From assembly GCF_006345805.1 (NCBI RefSeq), contig NC_042998.1, positions 23,746,001-23,810,000 on the forward strand: a DNA stretch of 64,000 bases, read 5' to 3'. Numbering within the stretch: position 1 is the stretch's first letter; each line of letters starts with the position of its first letter. Below are positions 10,706 through 22,934 of the stretch, one piece after another. Source of the DNA: Octopus sinensis. Its lineage: Eukaryota. The notes under the pieces were generated by a model, which was given only the letters and a program-made list of their open reading frames with translations, was not told where the DNA came from and searched no databases. Both the position numbers and the translations under genes were made by a program.

Positions 10706-10930
10706 ATTTCCTTTATTTGCCACAAGGGCGAAATATGAGGGGGACAATAGAGAGACAGGCCGCGGCCATGCTGGAGCACCACCTTTAGTCGAACAAATTG
10801 ACCCCAGGGCTTATTCTTTGTAAGCCTTGTGTCTATTCTATTGGTCTCTTTTCGCTAAGTGACGTGAATGCAAACACACCAACATCGGCTGTCAAGTGAG
10901 GGTGGGGATAACCACAAACACAAATAACAA

Positions 10931-10961
<31 letters not shown>

Positions 10962-11430
10962 CGACAGGCTTCTTTCAGTTTCCATCTACCAAATCCACTC
11001 ACAAGGCTTTTGTCAGCCCAAGGCTAGAGTAGAAAACACTTGTCTAAGGTGCCACACAGTGGGACTGAACCCAGAACAATGTGGTTGTGAAGCAACCTTC
11101 TTACCACACAGCCACATGATAAAAAAAATAAATAAAGGTTAAAAAATAAAGTAAACACGGTATACACTGAAAAAGAAGTGACATACACATGGCATACAAA
11201 GGTAAGGCAAAAATGGTGGTGGGGATGATAGAGAGGTGGCCCTCCTGATACAGGAATGCCTCTAGGGATAATCTAGGAATTCCATTCTCTGAGATTTCCC
11301 TGAAACCCCAGGAGCAGGTGCCCTCTCCGACTCACTGGTCTAAATTTAGAGAGGTATCATCCACTCTTGCCATTTTTGCAACTTTCACCCATCTTTCAAC
11401 AAACTCATTTGAGGACAGCATTTCCCTTCA
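10706..11430 (-). mobile_element. 3' end of a second Tx1/L1-like LINE family, split by a family A SINE (10758-11116)
   Basis: Minus frame 11427-11332 REMLSSNEFVERWVKVAKMARVDDTSL* aligns with the large element's REVLSRERFKKRWVNVAKMVRASNETIL; terminal ttgtcccctcatatttcgcccttgtggcaaataaaggaaat at 10750-10706. Confidence 0.7.
10758..11116 (-). mobile_element. Family A SINE
   Basis: Head tgtggctgtgtggtaagaagg and body. Confidence 0.8.
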
Positions 11431-12039
11431 CAGTAGAGCTGCTACAATCTGCTAGAGATAGCAGTTAAATTTCCCTCACATCACATTCTAATGCTTAGAG
11501 ATAAGAAAAACCACACATTTGATGTTAATCCTAGATGTACAAAAAGACTGATGGTTTTTTTTTTGCGTGGAATGCCTTTGGTCATATGCTTGCAGAATCA
11601 AAGCTGGCCTGAGTGTTCAAAATAAAATAAGATAAAAAATAAAATAAAATTAAATAAAACAAATTACAAAGTGACTATTGTTTGAAAAGGAAGCAAATGA
11701 CAAAAGGCCACAGATTTGGGTAATATTTTAGAGTGAGATGTAAAGGTTTTAATTGAAACACTGTTTTATGCATGTGACTGTCAGATTATATTTTCAGTAG
11801 ATGTGATGGTAACATGATAAACTATTTTTTTCATTTACTTACAATGTTCCATGACTGATTTCTTTGTATTAGCAGTGTATATGTGGGAAATGTGGGCCGA
11901 TCATATATATATATATGCATGTATGTATGTATGTATGTATGTATGTATGTATGTATGTATGTATGTATGTATGTATGTATGTATGTATGTACGTATGTAT
12001 GTATGTATCTATGTATGTATGTATTTATATATATATATA

Positions 12040-12443
12040 TAGGCATAGGAGTGGCTGTGTGGTAAGTAGCTGGCTTACGAACCACATAGTTCCGGGTTCA
12101 ATCCCACTGCATGACACCTTGGGCAAGTGTCTTCTACTATAGCCTTGAGCCGACCGAAGCCTTGTGAGTGGATTTGGTAGACGGAAACTGAAAGAAGCCT
12201 GTTGTATATATGTATATATGTATGTATGTGTGTGTATATGTTTGTGTGTCTGTGTTTGTCCCCCCCAACATTGCTTGACAACCGATGCTGGTGTGTTTAC
12301 GTTCCCGTAACTTAGCGGTTCGGCAAAAGAGACCGATAGAATAAATACTAGGCTTACAAAGAATAAGTCCAGGGGGCGATTTGCTCGACTAAAGGCGGTG
12401 CTCCAGCATGGCCACAGTCAAATGACTGAAACAAGTAAAAGAG
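12040..12443 (+). mobile_element. Family A SINE, full length, preceded by (TATG)n at ~11915-12025
   Basis: ggcataggagtggctgtgtggtaag...gaaacaagtaaaagag. Confidence 0.9.
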
Positions 12444-12457
12444 TATATATATATTTA

Positions 12458-12669
12458 TAGGGTGGCCCAAAAGTAGGTTTACAGTTATTCAACTGTCTCT
12501 TTCGCATTCATATCTTAACAGTTTAGATCTTAATTATAAAAGAATATGAAACCATTATTCTATGCTGATTGAGTTAATTGTAAGATAGACATTCAAATGT
12601 AATAAAATGCTATAAAAGAAATTTAAGGTGTCTACGTGATAACTGTAAAGCTACTTTTGGGCCATCCTG
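12458..12669. mobile_element. Tc1/mariner-type MITE
   Basis: TA|tagggtggcccaaaagtaggtttacagtt ... aactgtaaagctacttttgggccatcctg|TA; ~29-bp TIRs with TA TSD. Confidence 0.85.
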
Positions 12670-12974
12670 TATATATATATATATATGTGTGCGTGTATAC
12701 ATATATATATGCTTTTAGTTTAAGGGTAGCATGTGCATATATGACTGTATATGTGCTTTTGTGTGTATGTGTGAGTATACAAGTACACACACACACATGC
12801 ATACACATGAACATTGAAGTGATGCCCTTCCTAATACCAGCCACTTTACAGATTGTACTGGGTGCTTTGTATGGGACACCATCATCAGTGCTTTTTATGC
12901 AGCATCATCAACCAGTGCTTCTTACATGTCACCATCACCAGTGCTTTTCATGTAGCACCTGAATGATTTTACAT

Positions 12975-13365
12975 TATCCGGTATGGTTCGTACATCCCTG
13001 GCCATGGATACATTGAAACTCCGACATCTGGTAGCTGACTTGGCAGACACCCGTAAACTTATTAACCATCTTACTAACAATAACTCTGAGCACTTTTTCA
13101 AGAGTTACTGAAGCATGGAACAAACTGCCGGCATCAGTTGTTAGTTGTCAGAGCACTGCATCCTTCAAAACTTCCATGCTTCCTGAGAATCGCCAACACT
13201 ACACCTGATTTTCTCCCCTCCATGCACACGCAAGCATGTATCTGACTCATGCACTGTTCACTTTCCAGACATTTGTACATTACTGCATATTCTTTATACG
13301 CACTTTTGACAAGTTGTGGTGCACATGAGCACTGTATAAAATAATTTCATTATTATTATTATTAT
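12975..13365 (+). mobile_element. CR1-like LINE 3' fragment (family G)
   Basis: SLAMDTLKLRHLVADL...EAWNKLP; 3' end ttgtggtgcacatgagcactgtataaaataatttc(att)n. Confidence 0.8.
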
Positions 13366-13579
13366 CTTCACCACATAATTCTGTAGCCTATCCTTTGTTT
13401 GTTTACAAAGTCCCACTTAATGTTCTCACTGAATTAAATGGTTGTTGCTTGCCACTTATTCATAACCAAAGAACTTTGAAAGACTAGCAGGGGTAATACT
13501 GTTTGTTGACTCATTTTGGTACAGTGATCCTAACTAAAACTAGCAATTTGAAGCATAATATAGTGCCGTGTTTGAAAGT

Positions 13580-13715
13580 ACGAAGGGCTGCGGAAAAGTT
13601 CCTGGTTTTAAGGGTATCACAAAAGGTCTGGTTGGAGGCCCAACCTTCGGAGTTCTTTTACAGGGCTTAGAAAAACTGAAGGACTGCTGCAATAAATGTG
13701 TGAATCTGAAAGGGG
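13580..13715 (+). mobile_element. Internally deleted mariner remnant
   Basis: TIR-like tacgaagggctgcggaaaagttcctgg followed by QGLEKLKDCCNKCVNLKGEYV (mariner C-terminal motif). Confidence 0.55.
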
Positions 13716-13726
13716 AATATGTTATA

Positions 13727-13893
13727 AACACCCACTGCACTCTCAGAGTGGTTGGCATTAGGAAGGGCATCCAGTTGTAGAAACACTGCCAGATCAGATT
13801 GGGGCCTGGTGCAGCCTCCTGGCTTCCCAGACCCCAGTCAAACCGTCCAACCCATGCCAGCATGGAAAACGGACGTTAAAGGATGATGATGAT
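13727..13893 (+). mobile_element. Family B 3' fragment
   Basis: cacccactgcactctcagagtggttggcattaggaagggcatcc...ggacgttaaaggatgatg. Confidence 0.8.
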
Positions 13894-13976
13894 GTCTGTA
13901 TATATAAATGCATATATTATAATGTATATATACATATGTTTATGTACAAACATTTGCACACATGAACACGCACACA

Positions 13977-14014
<38 letters not shown>

Positions 14015-14224
14015 ACACACACACACACACACGCATTAGAAAAATATGAATTTCTTTTCTACCAAAAGTTGAGGACAATTTATGGAAATGTTGTTGTATC
14101 AGCACCGAACAAAATGGTGTGCTTGTGTATATATTTTCTGTTGAGTAATATTGGTTCTTCTATTACTTTGAAGTGTATACAAACATGCATACATACATAC
14201 ACATAGGCAGACAGACACAGAGTT

Positions 14225-14229
<5 letters not shown>

Positions 14230-14287
<58 letters not shown>

Positions 14288-14312
14288 AAGAGATAGATAG
14301 ATAGATAGAAAG

Positions 14313-14343
<31 letters not shown>

Positions 14344-14354
14344 CGTAGATAGAC

Positions 14355-14405
<51 letters not shown>

Positions 14406-14526
14406 TAGATAGATAGATAGATAGATAGGTAGGTAGACAAACAGACAGACAGGTAGATAGATAGATTGATAGATAGATAGATAGATAGATAGATAGGTAG
14501 ACAAACAGACAGACAGACAGGCAGAC

Positions 14527-14584
<58 letters not shown>

Positions 14585-14631
14585 ATTGGTAGACAGACTG
14601 ACAAATAGATAGATAGGTAGATACAGATAGC

Positions 14632-14666
<35 letters not shown>

Positions 14667-14696
14667 GTAGACAAACAGACAGACAGACAGGCAGAC

Positions 14697-14728
<32 letters not shown>

Positions 14729-14743
14729 TGATAGATAGATAGG

Positions 14744-14814
<71 letters not shown>

Positions 14815-14875
14815 ATTGGTAGACAGACTGACAAATAGATAGATAGGTAGATACAGATAGCTAGATAGATAGATA
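14230..14875. repeat. (GATA)n/(GACA)n compound satellite, left flank of the Tx1-like LINE
   Basis: Direct reading; variant blocks such as ataaattggtagacagactgacaaat and gtagatacagatagctagat are duplicated internally. Confidence 0.95.
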
Positions 14876-17800
14876 ACTTTCTTTTATTAGCCACACAGGG
14901 CTGAATACAGAGGGGACAAATACAAATGCAGAGCTTTTCTTTTCGAGGGTGGAAAAAAAAAAAAAATGTAAGATTGCGATCAAAAGGGATCGAGAGGAGG
15001 AAAAAAAAGGAAAAAAAAGGAAAATCGTGTATCACAGAAATAATGGTGTAAACATTGATATAACAAGATTGGGTTCATCCGTGGGAAGAAAAGCCTACAG
15101 AAAAGACCACGGGAACCCCAGTCAGGGAGGAAATAAACACATGAGGTCAAAAATGCTCTCTTTCTTTCTTTTTTACGATCTACAGGATCATGCTCAAAAT
15201 GGTTTCGTTACTAGCACGCACCATCTTTGCAACATTCACCCATCTTTTTTTGAATCTTTCGCGAGACAAAACTTCCCTCTCCATTCTCACCTTCCTTTTC
15301 AAGTGGTACTTGAAAAAGTTGATGAGCGATTGGCCAGAGAGGTAAGTGTTTGTCTCTAATCCTTTCGCTCGAGTCCACCACACACATTCTTTCACCATGG
15401 CCACCAGTACGATGAAAACTGCCTTGCCTTCCCGGTTGAGGGAAGGGGGCGGAGCAATTCTCACGATAGACTCGGCCGATAGGCGGATTCGTCCCACACG
15501 TGACAGCAGCCGTTCGGCATAAGCCCACAGGTCGGAAATGGTTGGACATTGCACGAGTGCGTGCAGATCGGTTTCGTCGCTCTGACCGCATCTCGGGCAA
15601 GTCAGTCCAGTGTGTCTGGAACCGTGTCTGTAGAGCTTATCCCGAACAGGTAATGCTTCTCGATAGCACTGCCAGGCCAGGGATCTTTGGTGATTGTTCA
15701 TAGGTCCCGGCCCGAAAGTTGTCCTGAACAGGCGGGTCAGGTGTTCCTCGTCGACGCCCAGACTCTGCCCGAGTTCGTCGTCGCACCTCCCCTCCACTAA
15801 TCCTCTATAGAATGCCTTTGTTGTGATGGAGTCGCACAAGTTCGATCCCGGACGGCAGAGTTGCTTGAGAGCAACGCGACACTCGCGGTGCCATTCGCCT
15901 AGCCTCGGTCTCTGCTTGATCCATGACTGTAGTTCGTCCAAGGAGACGAGCTGCGGGAAAGCGCGCCGCACAAAAGGCGACCACCCCTGTTCACCGTTGT
16001 CTATGAAGCGCCGGAGATGTCGCAGTCTCAGCGCATGTCTGCGCATCATCAACCACGGCATGCCCAGCACTCCCTTTAGCGGGTGTTGGCAGCAAATGGA
16101 TCGCCTAACCATCGGAACGTTTCCCTTCCACAAGAAGCGGAAGAGTATGCGTTCCAGTTTGGTGATGGTAGGGTCGGGACAAGGCACGACGGTCAGACGA
16201 TACTCGATGACGGATGCGATGTACGCGTTCGCCACCTCCGCCCGACCTTTTAGGGATAGCTTTCTCTCAGTCCATTTCTGGGTGAGAGTAGCCACCCTAG
16301 TCGTTATCTCGCCCCAGTTCTTCTCCATTTGGAGGTCCGGACCGAACCAACCCCGAGCAATTTAACCGGTCCGTCCGTCCAGCGTCCCACGATGGAGACG
16401 CTGTTGGACGGCATGGGCTTGCTTCTCCAGGTGCCGAGCCGCAAGCCCACTGACTTTTCCCGGTTAATTTTTGCTCCCGTTACCGCTTCGTATTCTTTCA
16501 GTGTCTCGCCGACCAGCTCGATGTGCTCGTAGCTCGACACTATGACGGTGACGTCATCCGCGTATGCAGACACGCTCCTCCCGCATCCCAGCTCTCGTGG
16601 GATGCCCCTCAGCGTCGCCAGTTTCCGCAGTAGTGGCTCAAGAGTCAGTACATACAGCAGCGATGAGAGGGGGCATCCCTGACGAAACGAACGCATGATG
16701 TTAAAAGGTCTGGATAGATGACCATTTACGCGAACTACTGAGCGGATGCCGCTGTATAAGGCAGCGATCCAACCGCGGAAAACTGGACCGAAACCAGCCG
16801 CTTTGAGGACAGCCTCCAAGTAGCGATGGTCTACCCTATCGAAGGCTTTTGATTGATCCAAATTGATCAGCGCCCCACCATGCCAGGATTTTTAACTACC
16901 CTGTCTATGATGTAGCGCATCAGATGGAGGTTGTCATGAATACTTCTACCCGGCACGGCGCATGTTTGCGCCTTGTCGATTAGTTTCTTGATGACAAGCG
17001 CCAACCTCTCGGCTAACACCTTGGCCAAAATTTTCAAATCTGCGTTGAGCAGAGTGATGGGCCTGAAATTATCTATGACGTCCCCCTTGTTTGGGTCTTT
17101 CTTGATCAGTGCCACTGCTCCTCGCTTTACAAAAGCAGGAATACTCCCGTTCTGCTGCCAGTTGCAGTAGACAGCTGCCAAGACGCCTCCAAACAAGTCT
17201 GGCATATGAAAATAAAATTCGTAGGGCAGACCATCCAAGCCTGGTGACTTGTCTCTCGCGCAGCCTACCATCGCATCCTGTACATCCGCAGCTGTGATAG
17301 GCTTTTCACAAGACTCCACCTCCCTTGCTGAGAGTCGTGGCAAGGCATGCAGGTAGGCACTAAAGTCCACTCTGCTTTCTGACTCACCACTTGTCCCAAA
17401 CAGTTGGGTGAAGTGTTGTTGAAAAACCCCACACATCCTTTTAGGCTCGAGCAATTCGCGCCCCTGTTCATCTATAAGAGACTTGATGGTGGCTCTGTTG
17501 CCTCGTTGCGTCTCCACCACTCGGGCCTCTTGGGCGGCTCCAACTCCTTCGTTCCTCAGAGCACGCATCCTAGCTCTGACAACGCATCCCTCGTGTTGGC
17601 GTTGAGGTGTTGGTCGAGGGCCAATCTCGCCGCCAGTACGTTGGACGCGATGCCAGTTCTAAGTGCCTCTTCTAAAACCTTAACTAATTCTCCCTCTATT
17701 CTATTTCGGTCTAATGCTAAGGCTCTACTGTATCTGACTGATCTGCTTTAATCGCTTTTTTTAGGGCATACCACCATCTGTTGTTGATGATGGTACCCGT

Positions 17801-18435
17801 CAAAGCTCTCTTAACTAATGTGCTGATCCGGTCCCTGTAAACCTGTCGTGCTGTAAAAGACGCGTTCAGTTTCCAGTAACCAGGACCCTGCCTATGTGTC
17901 TTATCTAAGTCAAGTGTACAAGTCACAAACTTGTGATCTGTGTAACTGACTATATGAAATTGTGGACAACCTACACTATTTTTATCTATTGTCCTACAGA
18001 ATACTCTGTCTAAGTATGATCTGGACGACCCGATGCGGTTACTCCATGTCCACATTGGCACATTCGGGTGGTCCAGTCGGTACCTGTCAGACAGTTGGAA
18101 ACGTCTGAGCAGGTCTTTGAGGCATTTGCATCCCCTTCTATTGCTATCTCTGCCACGTAGTCTAGATGCGTGTCCAGGGTGGCATTCCAATCCCCCACTA
18201 AAAGTAAAGGACGAGACGTTCCCATGAAAGACTCTAGACGTCGAAAGAAATCTGGTCGGCCTGTTAAGGACGGAGCATAAACTGCTATCAGTCGAAAAGC
18301 ACACTCATTGCTGCCATCGACATCCAAAACGACCAGCCTACCCTCCGGGTCTAGGAAATTTGCTCTTACTTTGAGATCCAGACTCTTCCGGATAAGCACC
18401 GCGGTGCCACCTCCGCCCATTCTCGGTAGACACGG
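14876..18435 (-). mobile_element. Tx1/L1-clade non-LTR retrotransposon, 5'-truncated, with 17-bp TSD
   Basis: APE endonuclease, RT and CCHC-type domains; 3' UTR ends aataaaagaaagt; agctagatagatagata at 14859-14875 and 18436-18452. Confidence 0.92.
15180..18435 (-). pseudogene. ORF2 (APE endonuclease + reverse transcriptase + C-terminal Cys/His knuckle), 5'-truncated, five apparent -1 frameshifts
   Basis: Motifs [98 protein letters not shown] across ORFs 18010-18489, 17717-18304, 16867-17568, 16304-16861 and 15180-16328. Confidence 0.9.
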
Positions 18436-18438
18436 AGC

Positions 18439-18481
<43 letters not shown>

Positions 18482-18550
18482 CTAGACAAACAGACAGACA
18501 GACAGGCAGACAGATAGATAGATAGATAGATAGATTGATAGATAGATAGG

Positions 18551-18625
<75 letters not shown>

Positions 18626-18640
18626 GTAGATACAGATAGC

Positions 18641-18697
<57 letters not shown>

Positions 18698-18721
18698 GGA
18701 TGGATGGATGGAGGATGGATG

Positions 18722-18789
<68 letters not shown>

Positions 18790-18809
18790 CAGATAGCTAG
18801 ATAGATAGG

Positions 18810-18856
<47 letters not shown>

Positions 18857-18965
18857 GTAGATACAGATAGCTAGATAGATAGATAGATAGATAGACAGAT
18901 AGATAGATAGATAGATAGATAGGTAGACAGACTGACAAATAGATAGATAGGTAGATACAGATAGC

Positions 18966-19027
<62 letters not shown>
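18436..19027. repeat. (GATA)n compound satellite, right flank of the Tx1-like LINE
   Basis: Same variant motifs as the left flank (gcagacagatag, gattgatagatagataggtag, gtagatacagatagctag). Confidence 0.95.
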
Positions 19028-19834
19028 TAGGTTGTATATGTATATACAGTATTTATCACATAATGTTTGTATCACTTGACTGTTTTATTATGCATTCTGC
19101 TGGTTGCACATATGTATGCATGCGCATGATTATGTTTTAACTATGCTTATGTCTGTGTTTCTTGTACATGCATGCATGGTTATGCAGATGATTAAGTATA
19201 CAACCATTTTGATGCTTCTCAAACTATTGCAGCGAATATGAATATTTAAAACATTATGTCCACCACTATTTATTTATTTATTCATTTATCTATTTATATA
19301 CATGTATATACATCTATTTATCTATTTGTTTATTTATCGATGTATTTATTTTAGTATCTCTGTTTTATCTCCATTATTCCTACATTTCGGTTATAGCTTC
19401 TCCACTTGTAACATATGGAAATCAATGCTTTGATTGCCCCCCAAGTTACAATTTTATACATGTTTCATGAATAGATTTTTCAACTCTGGAATTCGTTTAA
19501 TTTTTAATGACGAACTGTATGTATGTATGTATAATAAAAACTGCTGATGATTTATGTCCATTTTTAACGGTAGGCATCTAGTCTTGTTAGATTATGGTCC
19601 ATTTATTTGCTTAGAGTTAACAATACTAGAATGGTAACTGGAAACCAAGTGACAAGTTGAAACTGTAAAATACTGCAGTATCAGGTTACACGTTGCTTCT
19701 ATTTGCTGTTCAATGGACATAATATGTGAGACCATGTAATGCTGTTGCATAGCGCTTATGTCTTATTATATTTCACTGCTAGGTCACTGCATTGCTGCTA
19801 GTTCATTCTATTTCCAATATACACGCATAGTTAC

Positions 19835-19836
19835 TC

Positions 19837-19920
<84 letters not shown>

Positions 19921-19925
19921 ATATT

Positions 19926-20000
<75 letters not shown>

Positions 20001-20005
20001 TATAT

Positions 20006-20045
<40 letters not shown>
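19835..20045. repeat. (TA)n microsatellite
   Basis: Direct reading. Confidence 0.95.
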
Positions 20046-20324
20046 GTTCTATGCTATACTATACATTTATATGCTCTTGTATATGTGTTTTAGCATGTAA
20101 CATTAAGACAGAAGCAAGATATGCTCTGATACAATTATACACAAAATTTATGAGGTTTACATATATCATTTATAATGTCTGTTTTGAAATAATGAACAAA
20201 TGAAGGAATCTCTAGGCAGTTGCTCAATCTGTTAGAAATAGTAGCCATATATCCCTCAACTCATATTCAACCATCTTAAAAAAACATGAAGGTCAGTTTA
20301 GATACCTTGTTTCTGATATAGAAT

Positions 20325-20540
20325 ATTCCTTTCTACTGGTAGCACAAGGCCTCAAATTTGGGGGAAGGGATTAAGTCGATTAGATCGACCCCAGTGCATA
20401 ACTGGTGCTAATTCTATCGGTCTCGAAAGGATGAAAGGCACAGTTGACCTTAGCGGAATTTGAACTTAGAACGTACTGGCAGATGAAATACTGCTAAGCA
20501 TTTCACCCATCGTGCTAATGATTCTGCCAGCTCGCTGCCC
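20325..20540 (-). mobile_element. Family C2 SINE
   Basis: gcacaaggcctcaaatttggggg...gtcgattagatcgaccccagtgc...ggaatttgaacttagaacg...gccagctcgctgcc. Confidence 0.75.
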
Positions 20541-20756
20541 TGTTTCTGATATAGGGTAACGACAAGATGGTCATCTGAGGAATATCTTTATCTGTCTGTT
20601 CAATTTAAGGTTAGCATATGAATAAAAATGAACAACCTTTAAGCATAGGATCAGGAACAGGAAAAGCAAGGTGTTTAAGCACACTCTCGAAAATTTTCGC
20701 GGGGCAATGAAAATTCTTTAAACAACCACCTGAAAAACTTCATCACCATAACGAAT

Positions 20757-20945
20757 CACCATCATCATCATCATCGTTTGACGTCCACTTTCCATGCTAG
20801 CATGGGTTGGACGATTTTGACTGAGGGCTGGTGAACCAGATGGCTGCACCAGGCTCCAATCTTGATCTGGCAGAGTTTCTACAGCTGGATGCCCTTCCTA
20901 ACGCCAACCACTCCGAGAGTGTAGTGGGTGCTTTTTACGTGCCAC
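20757..20945 (-). mobile_element. Family B 3' fragment
   Basis: (CAT)n cgtttgacgtcc...gatgcccttcctaacgccaacc. Confidence 0.85.
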
Positions 20946-21119
20946 GAGCATTGAAATATTTTTGGACTGATTTGAAACATTATTTTTCCATTATCTGATT
21001 TATCTGTGTTTCACTGGTACTTGATTCATCAACCCCGATTATTCGGACTCAGAATGTAGCGATGGGTGAAATGCTGCTAAGCATTTCATCCTGCATGTTC
21101 TTGATTCTGCTACCTCACC

Positions 21120-21218
21120 TTATTATTGTTATTATTATTATTATTATTATTATTGTTATTGTTATTGTTATTGTTATTATTATTATTATTATTATTGTTA
21201 TTGTTATTGTTATTGTTA

Positions 21219-21259
<41 letters not shown>

Positions 21260-21342
21260 GTTATTGTTATTGTTATTATTATTATTATTATTATTGTTAT
21301 TGTTATTGTTATCGTTGTCATCATCATCATCATCATCATCAA

Positions 21343-21378
<36 letters not shown>

Positions 21379-21381
21379 CAT
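21120..21381. repeat. (ATT/GTT)n microsatellite
   Basis: Direct reading. Confidence 0.95.
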
Positions 21382-21632
21382 TGTTCAGTAGTTTTATTTT
21401 TTTAGCGTGCTTTCACTTCACTACCGAGCGCAGCTCTGTGTGCCTTGGGTATGTGCTGTGATTTGTTGTGATGCTCTGATGGTTATTGTATGGAAAGTGT
21501 TCTGCGTAGGATGTGTGCAGTGCCTAGTAGTGCAATTTTCTGTATGTTATATGTGTTTGTAAGTCCTGGTGTTTTTGTTATGTATTTGTCTGAATATTTT
21601 TTTATCATGCCTAATGCACCTACTATGATAAT
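21382..21632 (-). mobile_element. R4/Dong-like RLE retrotransposon 3' end
   Basis: IIVGALGMIKK...IQKIALLGTAHILRRTLSIQ* is the typical RLE ORF C-terminus; ~100-bp 3' UTR; (TAA)n on both sides. Confidence 0.7.
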
Positions 21633-21640
21633 TATTATTA

Positions 21641-22052
21641 CTCTTACTCTCTTTTTTACTCTTTTACTTGTTTCAGTCATTTGACTGCGGCCATGCTGGA
21701 GCACCGCCTTTAGTCGAGCAAATCGACCCCGGGACTTATTCTTTGTAAGCCCAGTACTTATTCTATCGGTCTCTTTTTTGCCGAACCGCTAAGTAACGGG
21801 GACGTAAACACACCAGCATCGGTTGTCAAGCAATGCTAGGGGGACAAACACAGACACACAAACACACACACACATATATACATATATACGACAGGCTTCT
21901 TTCAGTTTCCGTCTACCAAATCCACTCACAAGGCATTGGTCGGCCCGGGGCTATAGCAGAAGACACTCGCCCAAGATGCCACGCAGTGGGACTGAACCCG
22001 GAACCATGTGGTTGGTTAGCAAGCTACTTACCACACAGCCACTCCTGCGCCT
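21641..22052 (-). mobile_element. Family A SINE, full length and close to consensus
   Basis: Complete head, core and tail; ATT repeats on both sides. Confidence 0.92.
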
Positions 22053-22058
22053 ATGTTA

Positions 22059-22105
<47 letters not shown>

Positions 22106-22115
22106 GTTATTGTTA

Positions 22116-22166
<51 letters not shown>

Positions 22167-22185
22167 TATTATTATTATTATTATT

Positions 22186-22490
<305 letters not shown>

Positions 22491-22533
22491 CTTTGTTTGT
22501 TTTGATATTAAGATTGAAAAAAATTGTCCATGC

Positions 22534-22694
22534 GCAGGAGTGGATGTGTGGTAAGTAGCTTGCTTACCAACCACATGGTTCCGGGTTCAGTCCCACTGCA
22601 TGGCACCTTGGGCAAAGTGTCTTCTACTATAGCATTGGGCCGACCAAAGCTTTGTGAGTGGAATTGGTAGACGGAAACTGAAAGAAGCCTGTCG

Positions 22695-22725
<31 letters not shown>

Positions 22726-22934
22726 GTGTGTATTTGTGTGTTGTGTTTGTCCCCCCAACATTACTTGACAACCGATGCTGGTGTGTTTACATCCCTGTCA
22801 CTTAGCGGTTTGGCAAAAGAGACCAATAGAATAAGTACTAGGCTTACAAAGAATAAATCCTGGGGTAGATTTGCTCGACTAAAGGCAGTGCTCCAGCATG
22901 GCTGCAGTCAAATGACTGAAACAAGTAAAAGAGT
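22534..22934 (+). mobile_element. Family A SINE
   Basis: Full head to tail; lies within a 31-bp direct repeat (22503-22533 / 23016-23046). Confidence 0.88.

Noticed and set aside
14080-15035. ORFs of (YLSI)n, and elsewhere poly-I/L/M/D, (CV)n and (HT)n ORFs
   Set aside because: These are translations of microsatellites.
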